In this document: positions 1-12,944 of the stretch, in pieces
Numbering within the stretch: position 1 is the stretch's first letter
Layout of the letters: each line of letters opens with the position of its first letter
DNA from: Mustelus asterias
Taxonomy: Eukaryota
Reading direction: 5' to 3'
Assembly: GCF_964213995.1 (NCBI RefSeq)
Contig: NW_027590135.1
Span: forward strand, 62,001 to 126,000
Length of the DNA: 64,000 nt
Notes under the pieces: generated by a model
Databases searched by the model: none
The model's input: only the letters and a program-made list of their open reading frames with translations
What the model was told of the DNA's origin: nothing
Translations under genes and position numbers: made by a program

Positions 1-202
1 GAGAATTTGTCCATTTCCAAAAGCCCGCCAATTTCATTGTGGGAAAGGAGCGAAATCGTGTCCGACCATGAACTGAGTAAGTCCTGCCCTGTTTCAATCA
101 ACCAAAATGCATCACCTCACATTTATCTAAACAAAACTCCATCTGCCATTGATTGGCCCAATTGATCAAGATCCCATTGGTGTCATCTGCAAACTTACGA
201 AC

Positions 203-2050
203 CAGATTTATAAATCGGGACAAAAAGAGTATAAAAACAAGGAAGCAGTGCTATATCTCTACAATCATTGCTCAGACCACATTTGGAGTATTGTGTTCTG
301 TTCTGGGCACTTTATTTAGGAAAGAATGTTAAAACCCGACAGAGTGCAAAGGAGCTTTACTGGAATGATTCCAGGAATGAAGAATTTTAGATACAAGGAA
401 AGATTTGAGAATTTGAGCTTTTTCTCCTTGGAGGAGGAAAGATTAAGTGATGACCTGATTGAGGTGTTCAGAATTATGAACAATTTTGACAGGGAAAAGG
501 AGGATGTTCTGTTTCCACTAGTTGCAATGTCAGTGATTCGGAGTCACAATTTCAAGATGGCCAGCAAGAGAGCTGGGAGTGAGAGGAGGAGAACCTCTTT
601 ACTCAGAGAGTTGTTGGGATTTGGAATGCGCTGCCTGGGAGAGTGGTGGAGACGGATTCCACAGGAGGTTTGAAAAGAGAGCTGGATACATGTTTGAAAG
701 TGATGAATTTAGAGGGCTACAGAGATAGGGCTGGAGAAAGGGATGAGCTGGGTGGCTCTCTGGGGAGCCAAGGCTGAGTGGCTTCCTTCTATGCTGTAAA
801 ATGCTATGATTCTATAATGTGTGAGAATGTGAAACAGTCCATTTTGGCAGAAAGAATAAAAAAGCTCATTATCTAAATGGTGGGAGATTGCAGAGTCTGA
901 GGTGCAGAGGGTTCTGGGTGTCTTAGTGCATGAATCAGAAAAGGCTGATAGAGATGCGCAGCAAGTAATTAGGAATGCAAATAGAGTGTTATTGCTTAAT
1001 GTGAGGAATTGTAGGGAATTGATGCTTCAGTTGAACAGGACATTGGTGAGACCACATCTGGAGTATTGTGTACAGTACTGGTCTCCCTATCTAAAGAAAG
1101 ATGTAAACATGTTAAAAGCAGTTCAGAGATGGTTTAAGAGACCAATACCAGGAATGAGTGGGCTGTCTTATGAGGAAAAGTTGGGGAAGTTAAGTTTGTA
1201 TTCACCAGAGCTTAGAAAAGTAAGAGGTGACTTGTCAACAGCTTTAAGATCCTGAGGGGTATTGACAAGATGGATGGGGAGAATCTAGAGGTCACTGTTT
1301 AAAATTAAGTTGTCCGTTATTTGAGACAGAGATTAGGAGAAAACTATTCACTCCGTCTTGAGTCTCTGGAAAACTCTTCCTGCAAAGGAAATGGAAGACA
1401 AGTCTTTAAATATTTTGAAGGCAGAGGTAAATTGATTCTTGATTAATAATGGGGTGAAAGGTTATTAGGGGTAGAATGGAATGTGGGTTTGAGGTTCCAA
1501 TCTGTGAAACCATGATCATATTGAATGGTGGAGCAGGCTCATGGGGCCGAGTGGCCGACTCCTCCTTAAATTAATACATTCATTTATCTGAAGTGTATTC
1601 AAGAGAATTTCCTTGACCAGAATGTTCTCGGTCAAATGATGAAGGAGGCATTGCTGGATCTGCTGCTATAGGGAACGGGGTGGGCCAAGGTTGGTCACAT
1701 GAACCAAGTGTCTGTGGGTGAGCACTTGGGGAAGAGGGATCATTGTGTCATAGATTTAGATCAGTGTGTAACAATCTAAAGTAAAAATTCTAAATTGGAA
1801 GTCGATGAACTTCAATGGGAGGAGCTGGGATTGAGCCAGGGTTAAATGAAGCCAAAGTCTGACAGGAAAAACTGTAACAGAACAATGGGTGATCTTTCAG
1901 GAGGCGATGTTTCAAGTACAGAATTGGTACATTCTAAAATCAGGGTGAAAAGGAGGGGAACCAAAGCCAGGGCTCCTTGGATGATGAGGAAGATAGGCAA
2001 TATAATGAATCAATGAAGGGGCCGTATGATGCATGTCAGAAGAATTCTTC
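203..2050 (+). mobile_element. Cluster of degenerate CR1-type LINE fragments (two 3' ends plus an internal ORF2 piece)
   Basis: ORFs 326-673 and 902-1255 carry CR1 ORF2 C-terminal motifs (LVRPHLEYCVQYWSPY, RLxxDLIEVF). CR1-like 3'UTR/tail near 780-815. Boundaries approximate. Confidence 0.8.
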
Positions 2051-2299
2051 AAATGAGAACCGTTATAGTGAGAGAGTGTGGAATTCATTCTCTATCATTC
2101 TCTAGCTATCATCAGGTGGTCACACCAAGTGGGTGACGGCCAGGAAGGGTAATGTGGAATTAATTCATTCCCGCTATCAGTCAATCTGTACATGAGTGCA
2201 CCATTCACTCTGTCAGTTACTGTGTTTCAGGGTGGAAATGCAGTAAATTTCTTCCTGTCAGTGTGTGAGAATCGAATTGATTCTGTTACTGTGAGCCTT

Positions 2300-2932
2300 G
2301 ATCTATTACTGTGAGAGAGTGTGGAATTAACTCTCTGGCAATCTATTACTGTGTGTGAGTGTGGAATAAACTCCCTCTCAATCTATTACTGTGTGTGAGT
2401 GTGGAATTAGCTCTCAATCTATTACTGTGCGTCAGTGTGGAATTAACCCTCTCTCAACCTATTACTGTGGGAGAGTGGGCAATTAACCCTCTCGATATAT
2501 TCCTGTGTGTATGTATCTAATTGTATATCAATCTATTACCGTGTAACAGTGCGGAATTAACTCTCTGACAATCTATTATTTGTGAGAGTGTGGAATTAAC
2601 TCTGTCTCAATCTATTTGTGTGTGATGTAGAATTAACTCCCTATCAATCGATCATTGTGTGTGAATGTGGAATTAACTCTCTCTCAATCTATTACTGTGT
2701 GTGATGTAGAATTAACTCCCTGTCAATCGATCATTGTGAGTGTGGAATTAATTCTCTCTCAATCTATTACTGTGTGTGATGTAGAATTAACTCCCTGTCA
2801 ATCGATCATTGTGAGTGTGGATTTAACTCTCTCTCAATCTATTACTGTGTGTGATGTAGAATTAACTCCCTGTCAATCGATCATTGTGAGTGTGGAATTA
2901 ACTCTCTCTCAATCTATTAGTGTGTGTGTATG
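2300..2932. repeat. ~36-40 bp minisatellite (GTGTGGAATTAACTCTCTCTCAATCTATTACTGTGTGTGA), first block
   Basis: Tandem recurrence of GTGGAATTAACTC..CAATCTATTACTGTG; repetitive ORF 2655-2933. Confidence 0.9.
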
Positions 2933-2934
2933 AA

Positions 2935-4659
2935 TAAAGAACAAAGAAAATTAGAGCACAGGAACAGGCCCTTCGGCCCTCCAAGCCTGCACCGACCATG
3001 CTGCCCGACTTAACTAAAACCCCCTCCCCTTCCGGGGACCATATCCCTCTATTCCCATCTCATTCATGTACTTGTCAAGACGCCCTTAAAAATCACTACT
3101 GTATCCGCTTCCACTCCCTCCCCCGGCAACGAGTTCCAGGCACCCACCACTCTCTGTGTACAAAATCTGCCTCGTACATCTCCTTTAAACCTTGCCCCTC
3201 GCACCTTAAACCTGTGCCCCCTAGTAATTGACTCTTCCACCCTGGGAAAAAGCTTCTGACTATCCACTCTGTCCATGTCTCTCATAATCTTGTCGACTTC
3301 TATCAGGTCGCCCCTCAACCTCCGTCGCTCCAGTGAGAACAAACCAAGTTTCTCCAACTTCTCCTCATAGCTAATGCCCTCCATAACCAGGCAACATCCT
3401 GGCAAATCTTTTCTGTACCCTCTCCAAAGCCTCCACATCCTTCCGGTAGTGTGGCGACCAGAATTGAACACTATATTCCAAGTGCGGCCTCACGGAGGTT
3501 CCATAAAGCGTCAACATGACTTGCCAATTTTTAAACTCCATACCCCGGCCGATGAAGGCCTTCTTGACTACCTTCTCCACCTGCATTGCCACTTACAGTG
3601 ACCTGTGCACCTGTACACCCAGATCCCTTTGCCTATCAATACTCTTAAGGGTATTTCCTATCTGTATTAGACCTTCCGAAATGCATTACCTCACATTTGT
3701 CCGGATTAAACTCCATCTGCCATCTCTCCGCCCAAGTCTCCAACTGATCTATATCCTGCTGTATCCTCTGATGATCCTCATCGCTATCCGCAAATCCACC
3801 AACCTTTGTGTCGTCCGCAAACTTACGAATCAATCCAGTTACATTTTCCTCCAAATCATTTATATATATTACAAACAGCAACAGTCCCAGCACTGATCCC
3901 TGAGGAACACCACTTGTCACAGCTCTCCATTCAGAAACACATCCTTCCACTGCTACCCTCTGTCTTCTTTGACCGAGCCAATTTTGTATCCACCTTGCCA
4001 GCTCATCTCTGATCCCATGCGACTTCACCTTCTGCACCAGTCTGCCATGAGGGATCTTATCAAAGGCCTTACTGAAGTCCATGTAGACAACATCCACTAC
4101 TCTACCCTCATTAATCATCTTCGTCACTTCCTCGAAAAACTCGATCAAGTTCGTGAGACACGACCTCCCCTTCACAAAACCATGTTGCCTCTCACTAATA
4201 CGTCCACTTATTTCCAAGTGGGAATAAATCCTGTCTCGAAGAATCCTCTCCAATAATTTCCCTACCACTGATGTAAGGCTCACCGGCCTGTAATTACCTG
4301 GATTATTCTTGCTACCCTTCTTAAACAAAGGAACAACATTGGCTATTCTCCAATCCTCTGGGACCTCCCCTGTAATAGTCAGATCCCCTGTAATGTGCAG
4401 ATCTTCCACTCCACCTGACGAAGGTGCAACACGCTCCAAAAGCTACCAAATAAACCTGTTGGACTTTAACCCATTAGACTTCTTACTGTGTTTACCCCAG
4501 TCCAACGCCGGCATCTCCACATCATGACCTCCCCTGTAGCCAGTGAGGATACAAAGATTTCTCTCAAGGCCCCAGCAATTTCCTCCCTTGCCTCTCTCAG
4601 TATTCTGGGGTATATCCCATCAGGCCCTGGGGACTTGTCTACCTTGATGTTTCTCAAGA
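2935..4659 (-). mobile_element. 5'-truncated CR1 LINE (RT domain to 3' tail) inserted in the minisatellite
   Basis: Minus ORFs with [40 protein letters not shown]; tail (TTCTTTG)n at 2935-2950; frameshifts present. Confidence 0.93.
4375..4525 (+). mobile_element. Short Penelope-like-derived insertion inside the CR1
   Basis: Contains the CCAAATAAACCTGTTGGACTTTAACC motif shared with the Penelope-like element at 20.5-21.55 kb; flanked by GACCTCCCCTGTA at 4362-4374 and 4526-4538. Confidence 0.75.
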
Positions 4660-4759
4660 AGTGTGGAATTAACTCTGTCTCAATCTATTACTGTGTGAGA
4701 ATGTGGAATTAACACTCTCTCAATCCATTACTGTGTGTGAGAATGGAATTAACTCTCTC

Positions 4760-5184
4760 TCAAAGAACAAAGAACAGTACAGCACAGGAAACAGGCCCTT
4801 CGGCCCTCCAAGCCTGTGCCGTTCCTTGGTCCAACTCGACCAATCGTTTGTATCCCTCCATTCCCAGGCTGCTCATGTGACTATCCAGGTAAGTCTTAAA
4901 CGATGTCAGCGTGCCTGCCTCCACCACCCTACTTGGCAGTGCATTCCAGGCCCCCACCACTCTGTGTAAAAAAACATCCCTCTAATATCGGAGTTATATT
5001 TCGCCCCTCTCACTTTGAGCCTGTGACCCCGCGTGATCGTCACTTCTGATCTGGGAAAAAGCTTCCCACCGTTCACCCTATCTATCCCCTTCATAATCAT
5101 GTACACCTCTATTAGACCTCCCCTCATTCTCTGTCTTTCCAGGGAGAACAAGCCCAGTTTACCCAATCTCTCCTCATAGCTAAT
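4760..5184 (-). mobile_element. CR1 LINE 3' end
   Basis: SYEERLGKLGLFSLE...TRGHRLKV; tail TTCTTTGTTCTTTG. Confidence 0.9.
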
Positions 5185-7060
5185 CTCATAGCTCAATCTA
5201 TTACTGTGTGAGTGTAGAATTAACTCCCGATCAATCTATTACTGTGTGCGAGTGTGGAATTATCTCTCAATTTATCACGGAGAGAGTGGGGAATTAACTC
5301 TGACAATCTATTACTGTGTGAGAGTGGAATTAATTCTCTCAATCTATTGCTGTGTATGTGTGTGAGAGGAATTAACAGTCTCTCTCAATTTATTACTGTG
5401 TCTGAGTGTGAAATTAACTCTCTCCTATTATTGTATGAGGGTGTGGAATTAACTCTCAAACTATTACTGTGTGAGTGGAATTAAATCTCAATCTATTGCT
5501 GTGTCTGTGTGTTTGTTTGTGTGTGTGGAATTAACTCTCTCCCAATCAATTACTGTGTGAGAGTGTGGAATTAACTCTCTCCCAATCAATTACTGTGTGA
5601 GAGTGTGGAATTAACTCTCTCAATCCATGACTGTGCGAGAGTGTGGAATTAACTCCCTCTCAATTTATTACTGTGTGAGGGTATGTGTAATTAACACTCT
5701 CTCAATTACTGTGAGTGTGGAATTAACTCTCTCAATCTATTACTGTGTGTGTGTGAAATTAACTCTCTCTCTCAATCTATGACTGTGTGAGGGTATGTGT
5801 AATTAATACTCTCAATTACTGTGAGTGTGGAATTAACACTCAACATATTACTGTGAGAGTGTGTGGAATTAGCTTCCTCTCAATCTGTTACTGAGTGTGG
5901 AATTAACTCTCTTGCAATCTATGACTGTGTATGAGTGGAATTAACTCTCAATCTATTCCTGTGAGTGAGTGTTGTATTAATTCTCTCTCAATCTATGACT
6001 GTGAGAGTGTGTAATTAACTCTCTCTCAATCTATTGTGAGAGAGTGTGGAATTGACTCGCTCTCAATCTATTATTGTGTGTGGAATTAACTCTCTCTGAA
6101 TCCATTAGTATGTGAGAGTGCGGAATTAACTCTCTCTCAATCTATTACTGTGTGAGATTGTAGAATTAATTCTCTCTCAAGCTATTCCTGTGTTTGTGGA
6201 ACTAACTCTCTCTGAATCTATTACTGTGTGAGAGTGTACAATTAACTCCCTCTCAATATATTACTATGTATAAGTGTGGAATTAACTCTCTCGATCTGTC
6301 ACTATGTGAGTGTGGAATTAACTCTCTCTCAATTACTCTGTGTGGAGTGTGGACCAAACTCTCTCTCAATCTAATACTGTGTGAGAGGGTATAATCAACT
6401 CGCTCAACCTATTACTTTGTGTGAGTATATAATTAACTTTCTCTCAGTCTATTACTGTGTGTGTGTGGAATTAACTCTCTCTCAAGCTATTCCTGTGTGA
6501 ATGTGGAATTAACTCCCTCTCAACCTATTAGTGTGTGTCAGTGTGAAATTAACACTCTCTCAATCTATTAGTGTGTGTGACTGTGGAATACACTCTCTCA
6601 ATCTATTACTGTGCATGTGGAATGAACTCTCTCTCACTCTATTACTGTGTGTCAGTGTGGAATGAACTCTCTCTCACTCTATTACTGTGTGTCAGTGTGG
6701 AATGAACTCTCTCTCACTCTATTACTGTGTGTCAGTGTGGAATTAACTCTCTCTCACTCTATTACTGTGTGTCAGTGTGGAATGAACTCTCTCTCACTCT
6801 ATTACTGTGTGTCAGTGTGGAATGAACTCTCTCTCACTCTATTACTGTGTGTCAGTGTGGAATTAACTCTCTCTCACTCTATTACTGTGTGTCAGTGTGG
6901 AATTAACTCTCTCTCACTCTATTACTGTGTGTCAGTGTGGAATTAATACTCTATCTATTAGTGTGTGTGTGGAATTAACACTTTCTCAATCCATTACTGT
7001 TTATAAATGTGGAATTAACTCTCTCAATCTATTACTGTGAGAGAGTGTGGAATTAACACT
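5185..7060. repeat. ~40 bp minisatellite, main block; most homogeneous (exact 40-bp period) at 6616-6945; decays gradually to about 7500
   Basis: Unit AATGAACTCTCTCTCACTCTATTACTGTGTGTCAGTGTGG repeated nearly exactly. Confidence 0.92.
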
Positions 7061-7489
7061 GTCAGCCATTCTCTGTTCATGTGTTTCAGTATGGAATTAC
7101 ATCAGTTAATCTATATTAGTGAATGCGAGGATGGAATTAAATCTGTATTTGTTATTCACTATTACTGAATGTGAGTGGGACATTAACTCTCTGTTCATCG
7201 CTGTTATAGCATGTGAGAGTGGAATTAACTGTCAGTCTTGGTTATTGTGTATGAATGTAGCATTAACTCTTGCTCAGTCTCTACTGGTCTAATTGAATGT
7301 GTAATTAACTCTGGCTGTGTTACTGTATGTTAGTGTGGAATTCATTCTCTATCCTTTAATCACCATCACTGTATTTTAGTTTGGAATTACCACCATGTCA
7401 ATCTGTGTTACTGTACGTGAGTGTGTAATTCACTCCCTATCTATCAATAATAATGTGTGTAATTAACTCACTGTCTGTCAGTCTCTGTT

Positions 7490-8430
7490 ACTGTATGAAA
7501 GTGGATCATTGTTGGCTTAGCAAACTGCAGCTGGTAGAGAGCCACATGGATCAGTGCTGGGTTCCCAGCTATTTACAATCTGTATTAATGGCCCAGATGA
7601 AGGGACAGATCAACACCAAATTTTCAGACAATACATAAATAGGTGGGGAAGTAGGTTGTGAGGAGGACACAAAGAATCTGCAAGGAGATATGGAGAGGTT
7701 AAGTGAGTGGACACAAATCTGGCAGGTAGGATACAATGTAGGAAAATGTGAGGCTTTCCACCTCAGATTGAAGAATAGGAAGGCAGAACATTATTTAAAT
7801 AGAGAAAGAGACAGCAGAATGTTACAGTACAGAAGGATCTAACTGTAATTAAAAGTGGAGTATACATGTGGAGTATAAAAGTAGGGAAATGTTGCTACAA
7901 ATACATGACATTGCTGAGTCTACAGGTTTAAAGGTTTTCTCTGATTTAAAGAGGGAAATGCTTGTATTGGAGACAGTGAAGATTCACTTATCCGATTGCT
8001 GAGATGAAGGAGTCATCTTATGAGGAAAGTTTAATCAAGTTGAGCCGATCTCATAGAAGTTGAGAAGAATGAGAGATGATCATATTGAAACATTGAAAAA
8101 TCTGAGGGAATTGGACAGGGTAGATGTTGAGAGGAATGTTTTCATTTGTGGGCAAAATTAGAACTAGAGGGCACAGTTTAAAAATAAAGTATGCCCCACT
8201 TTAGATGGAGACAAAAAGGAATTTCTTATTTCAAACTGCCCTCAAACTTTGGCATTGAATAGGTTCCATCCTAAGTTAGGAGGAGTTTTGAATTACGAGG
8301 GAGACCAGGGTTATGGGGCAGGCAAGAAAGTGGAGTTGAGGCCATAATCACATCAACCATGATCTTACTGAATGGTGGGGGAACCCTAAAGAACGAACTG
8401 CCTTCTGCTACTCCTGCTTCTTATGTTCTG
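7490..8430 (+). mobile_element. Old degenerate CR1 RT/3' fragment
   Basis: Remnants of GSVLGP, KFxDDTK, LERRRMRGDLIE and the CR1 3'UTR (CCATGATCTTACTGAATGG). Confidence 0.7.
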
Positions 8431-8713
8431 ATTTGATGTCAACGTGGGACTAACTCTCTGTCTGGTAGTTTCTGCCACAGTATTTCAGTGTGGAATTAAC
8501 TGAAGTTTGATACTGCATATGAGTGCAGAATTGATTCGTATAAAATAAACGATGGACAGGGAGAGTGCAATGTCTCTGCCAGTCTCTGTTCCTGTACAGG
8601 AAACTTTGATGAGAAATGTTTGGGCTCGACTGGTCTCAAATGTACTCAGGGTTAAACCCATCAGCTTTTCCTCCATCAACACTCCAGTTCAAAGCCAGCC
8701 AACAAGAACATAC

Positions 8714-9006
8714 CTTCACAGAAAGTGAGACACCGGTTTTCGCTGCACCATCCGCTTCATGGTGCCGCGCCCCCGGCTCCCTCGCCGCACGTCCGCCGGA
8801 CCCGGCGGCTCTGATTCGGGCTCTGAGAGCCGCTGAGACTCGGTGTTACTCCGGCTGCATACGGACCCAGACAGCTTCCGGGAGCCGCAATGCGCATGAT
8901 CCGCGCAGACAGGCCGTCTCCGGGGGCGGAGCCTCCTGGCGCCTGCGCAGTGCGGCCCATTCTGAATGAGATAGACCGTAGTCATCCGCGCGCTGCATCC
9001 TGGGTT
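8714..9006 (-). promoter_or_regulatory. CpG-rich promoter / putative first exon with splice donor GAAG|GTATGT
   Basis: CpG-dense island in CpG-poor surroundings; TGCGCATG and CTGCGCAG (NRF1-like) and GGGGCGG box; donor at 8713/8714; paralog at 53040-53282 with donor at 51997/51998. Confidence 0.5.
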
Positions 9007-9351
9007 GCGCTGCCCACCATTTCATGAAAAAATACAGAACTTGGGATTATATTTAAACCCATCGGCATTCTGCCAGAGATTTCGTAGCGAATCAGCCCCA
9101 TTTCCTCTTTCTGTTCTAAAAGTCGCCCTCTGTTTTACTCCAATTGCTGTTTGAATTTTTTTTTGGATCAGATTCGCCAGGATTTCAGACAGCGTATTCA
9201 AGATTCACAGCAATTGGATGCCGATTTAAATAAACATGTGTTTCCTCACAGTATCAATGTGTCTTTTTAACCAATCATAATAAACCTGTGCCATCATATA
9301 ACTGAACAATTTATGCCAATTTATTCTCTTAAAACCATCCATGATTTTGAA

Positions 9352-9445
9352 GCACTTGCCTGATGAAGGAGCAGCGCTCCGAAAGCTCGTGATTCCAAAT
9401 AAACCTGTTGGACTTTAACCTGGTGCTGTGAGACTTCTTACCGTG
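9352..9445 (+). mobile_element. Penelope-like terminal fragment with minimal hammerhead-like core
   Basis: CTGATGA-AGGAGC-AGC-GCTCC-GAAAGCT (9360-9387) followed by CCAAATAAACCTGTTGGACTTTAACCTGG. Confidence 0.7.
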
Positions 9446-9751
9446 ATCTTGAACACCCCTATCAAAACTCCTGTTAACATGCCTGCAGACATCAACAATT
9501 ATGAATGCTGGAAATATGACCTTAATTTTGAAAGTCTGGATATGCACAACAATTATGCAACTGTGGGGGAAAATAGAGATCATGTTTAACGTTTCACGCC
9601 AACGTCCTTTCATCAGCACTGGTGAAAGTTAGAAATGTGATAGAATATTTTAAGAAAATGATATGGAGAACGGCTGATGGCAAAAAAAAGCAAAAGGGGA
9701 AGTCTGTACTCGTGTGCAACACACATGCATAAAATGCCAAACAGTCTATCA

Positions 9752-10082
9752 TATCATAGAAACCCTACAGTGCAGAAGGAGGCCATTCGGCCCATCGAGT
9801 CTGCACCGACCACAATCCCACCCAGGCCCTACCCCCACATATTTTACCTGCTAATCCCTCTAACCTACGCATTCCAGGACTCTAAGGGGCAATTTTTTTA
9901 ACCCGGCCAATCAACCTAACCCACACATCTTTGGACTGTGGGAGGAAACCGGAGCACCCGGAGGAAACCCACGCAGACACGAGGAGAATGTGCAAACTCC
10001 ACACAGACAATGACCTGAGCCGGGAATTGAACCCGGGACCCGTGAAGCAGCAGTGCTAACCACTGTGCTACCATGCCGCCCT
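9752..10082 (-). mobile_element. tRNA-derived V-domain SINE (HE1-like)
   Basis: Minus strand: A box TAGCACAGTGG, B box GGTTCAATTCC, V-domain GTGTGGAGTTTGCACATTCTCC..GGGTTTCCTCCGGGTGCTCCGGTTTCCTCCCAC, CR1-like tail (TCTATGA). Confidence 0.85.
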
Positions 10083-10139
10083 GTAGAAGAAGTAGTAAGA
10101 GTATAAGTAAAGATAGTGAGCACTGTGTCATCAAGAGAA

Positions 10140-10673
10140 GTGCATTGAGTTTCATTGGAGCACTCGAGACTCTCACCAACTTTTACAGGTGCACCATAGA
10201 AAGCATTCTTTCTGGTTGTATCGCAGCTTGGTATGGCTCCTGCTCTGCCCAAGACCACAAGGAAAGACAAAAGATCGTGAATGTAGCCCAATCCATCAGG
10301 CAAACCAGCCTCCCATCCATTGACTCTGTCTACGCTTCCCGCTGCCTCGGCAAAGAAACCAGCATAATTAAGGACCCCACGCACCCCGGGCATTCTCTCT
10401 TCCACCTTCTCCTTCGGGAAAAAGATACAAAAGTCTGAAGTTAGGTGCCAACCGACTCAAGAACAGCTTCTTCCCTGCTGCTGTCAGACTTTTGAATGGA
10501 CTTACCTTACATTAAGTTGATCTTTCTCTACACCCTAGCTATGACTGTAACACTACATTCTGCACTCTCTCGTTTTCTTCTCTTTGAACAGTATGTTTTG
10601 TATAGCACACAAAAAACAATACTTTTCACTGTATGTTAACACATGTGACAATAATAAATCAAATCAAATCAAA
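10140..10673 (+). mobile_element. Rex/Babar-like LINE 3' end
   Basis: TLTNFYRCTIESILSGCIAAWYGSCS...DPTHPGHSLF; tail (AATCA)n. Confidence 0.85.
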
Positions 10674-10695
10674 GAGAAGACCAAGGTCAGAATGA

Positions 10696-10860
10696 TCAGT
10701 GTGAGCAAGGCACAGAATTAAAATGAAGGGAATTATCAGAAATAGTGTGATACTTGTGGACTGAATGGAAATGTTCATCAATCTGTGCTTCTGTCATCAC
10801 AATGTAGAGCAGAGTACATTCTGAGCAGCAAATACTGCACACTACATTTTCTTGAACAGT
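10696..10860 (-). mobile_element. Degenerate Penelope-like GIY-YIG endonuclease remnant
   Basis: NVVCSICCSECTLLYIVMT...EHFHSV...HFNS resembles the NVVYxIxCxxCxxxYIGET...HF motif. Confidence 0.5.
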
Positions 10861-10897
10861 CTCAGCAGTTTGGAGAGTGGAAAATGTAACCCCTGAG

Positions 10898-12907
10898 TAC
10901 AGTTCCACAGCAGAGATCACAGTTCCACAGCAGAGATCACAGTTCCACAGCAGAGAGCACAGTTCCACAGCAGAGAGCACAGTTCCACAGCAGAGATCAC
11001 AGTTCTACATCAGAGAGCATAGTTCCACAGCAGAAGTCACAGTTCCACAGCAGAGAGCACAGTTCCACAGCAGAGAGCACAGTTCCACAGCAGAGAGCAC
11101 AGTTCCACAGCAGAGAGCACAGTTCCACAGCAGAGATCACAGTTCTACATCAGAGAGCATAGTTCCACAGCAGAAGTCACAGTTCCACAGCAGAGAGCAC
11201 AGTTCCACAGCAGAGAGCACAGTTCCACAGCAGAGAGCACAGTTCCACAGCAGAGATCACAGTTCTACATCAGAGAGCATAGTTCCACAGCAGAAGTCAC
11301 AGTTCCACAGCAGAGAGCACAGTTCCACAGCAGAGAGCACAGTTCCACAGCAGATAGCACAGTTCCACAGTAGAGATCACAGTTCCACAGCAGGGATCAC
11401 AGTTCCACAACAGAGATGACAGTTTTACAGCAGAGAGCATAGTTCCACAGCAGTGAGCACAGTTCCACAGCAGAGAGCACAGTTCCACAGCAGAGAGCAC
11501 AGTTCCACAGCAGAGAGCACAGTTCCACAGCGGAGAGCACAGTTCCACAGCAGAGAGCACAGTTCCACACCAGAGAGCACAGTTCCACAGCAGTGAGGAC
11601 AGTTCCACAGCAGTGAGCACAGTTCCACAGCAGAGAGCACAGTTCCACAGCAGAGAGCACAGTTCCACAGCAGAGAGCACAGTTCCACAGCAGAGAGCAC
11701 AGTTCCACAGCGGAGAGCACAGTTCCACAGCGGAGAGCACAGTTCCACACCAGAGAGCACAGTTCCACAGCAGTGAGGACAGTTCCACAGCAGAGAGCAC
11801 AGTTCCACAGCAGAGAGCATTATTCCACAGCAGAGATCACAGTTCCACAGCAGAGAGCACAGTTCCACAGCAGAGAGCACTGTTCCATAGCGGAGAGCAC
11901 AGTTCCACAGCAGAGAGCACAGTTCCACAGCAGAGAGCACAGTTCCACAGCAGAGAGCACAGTTCCACACCAGAGAGCACAGTTCCACAGCAGTGAGGAC
12001 AGTTCCACAGCAGAGATCACAGTTCCACAGCAGAGAGCACAGTTCCACAGCAGAGATCACAGTTCCACAGGAGAGAGCACAGTTCCATAGCACTGAGAGC
12101 AGTTCCACAGCAGGGATCACGGTTCCACAGCAGAGAGCACAGTTCCACAGCAGAGATCACATCTGCACAACAGAGAGCACAGTTCCCCAGCAGGATCACA
12201 GCTCCGCAGCAGAGAACACAGTTCCACAGCAGAGAGCACAGTTCCACAGCAGAGAGCACAGATGCACAGCAGAGAGCACAGTTCCACAGCAGAGAGCACA
12301 GTTCCACAGCAGAGAAAAGAGTTCCGCAGCAAAGAGCATAGTTCCACAGCAGGATCACAGCTCCACAGCAGAGAACACAGTTCCACAGCAGAGAACACAG
12401 TTCCACAGCAGAGAACACAGTTCCACAGCAGAGAACACAGTTCCACAGCAGAGAACACAGTTCCACAGCAGAGATCACGGTTCCACAGCAGAGAGCACAG
12501 TTCCACAGCAGAGAGTATAGACCCATAGCAGAGAGCACAGTTCCACAGCAGAGAGCACAGATGCACAGCAGAGAAAAGAATTACAGCGCAGAGAGCACAG
12601 TTCCACAGCAAAGAGCACAATTCCACAGCAGAGAAAAGAGGTCCACAGCAGAGAGCACAGTTTCACAGCAGAGAGCACAGTCCCACAGCAGAGAGCACAG
12701 TCCCACAGCAGAGAGCACAGTCCCACAGCAGAGAGCACAGTCCCACAGCAGAGAGCATAGACCCATAGCAGAGAAAAGAGTTCTGCAGCAAAGAGCAGAG
12801 TTCCACAGCAGAGAGCATAGTTCCACAGCAGAGAACACAGTTCCACAGCAAAGAGCACAGTTCCACAGCAGACAGCACAGTTCCACAGCAGATTTCACAG
12901 TTCCATG
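10898..12907. repeat. 20-bp minisatellite (AGTTCCACAGCAGAGAGCAC), left block
   Basis: About 100 tandem units, visible as an exact 20-nt period. Confidence 0.97.
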
Positions 12908-12944
12908 GCACTGAGAGCAGTCCAGACCCCCAGCCTGAAGCAAT

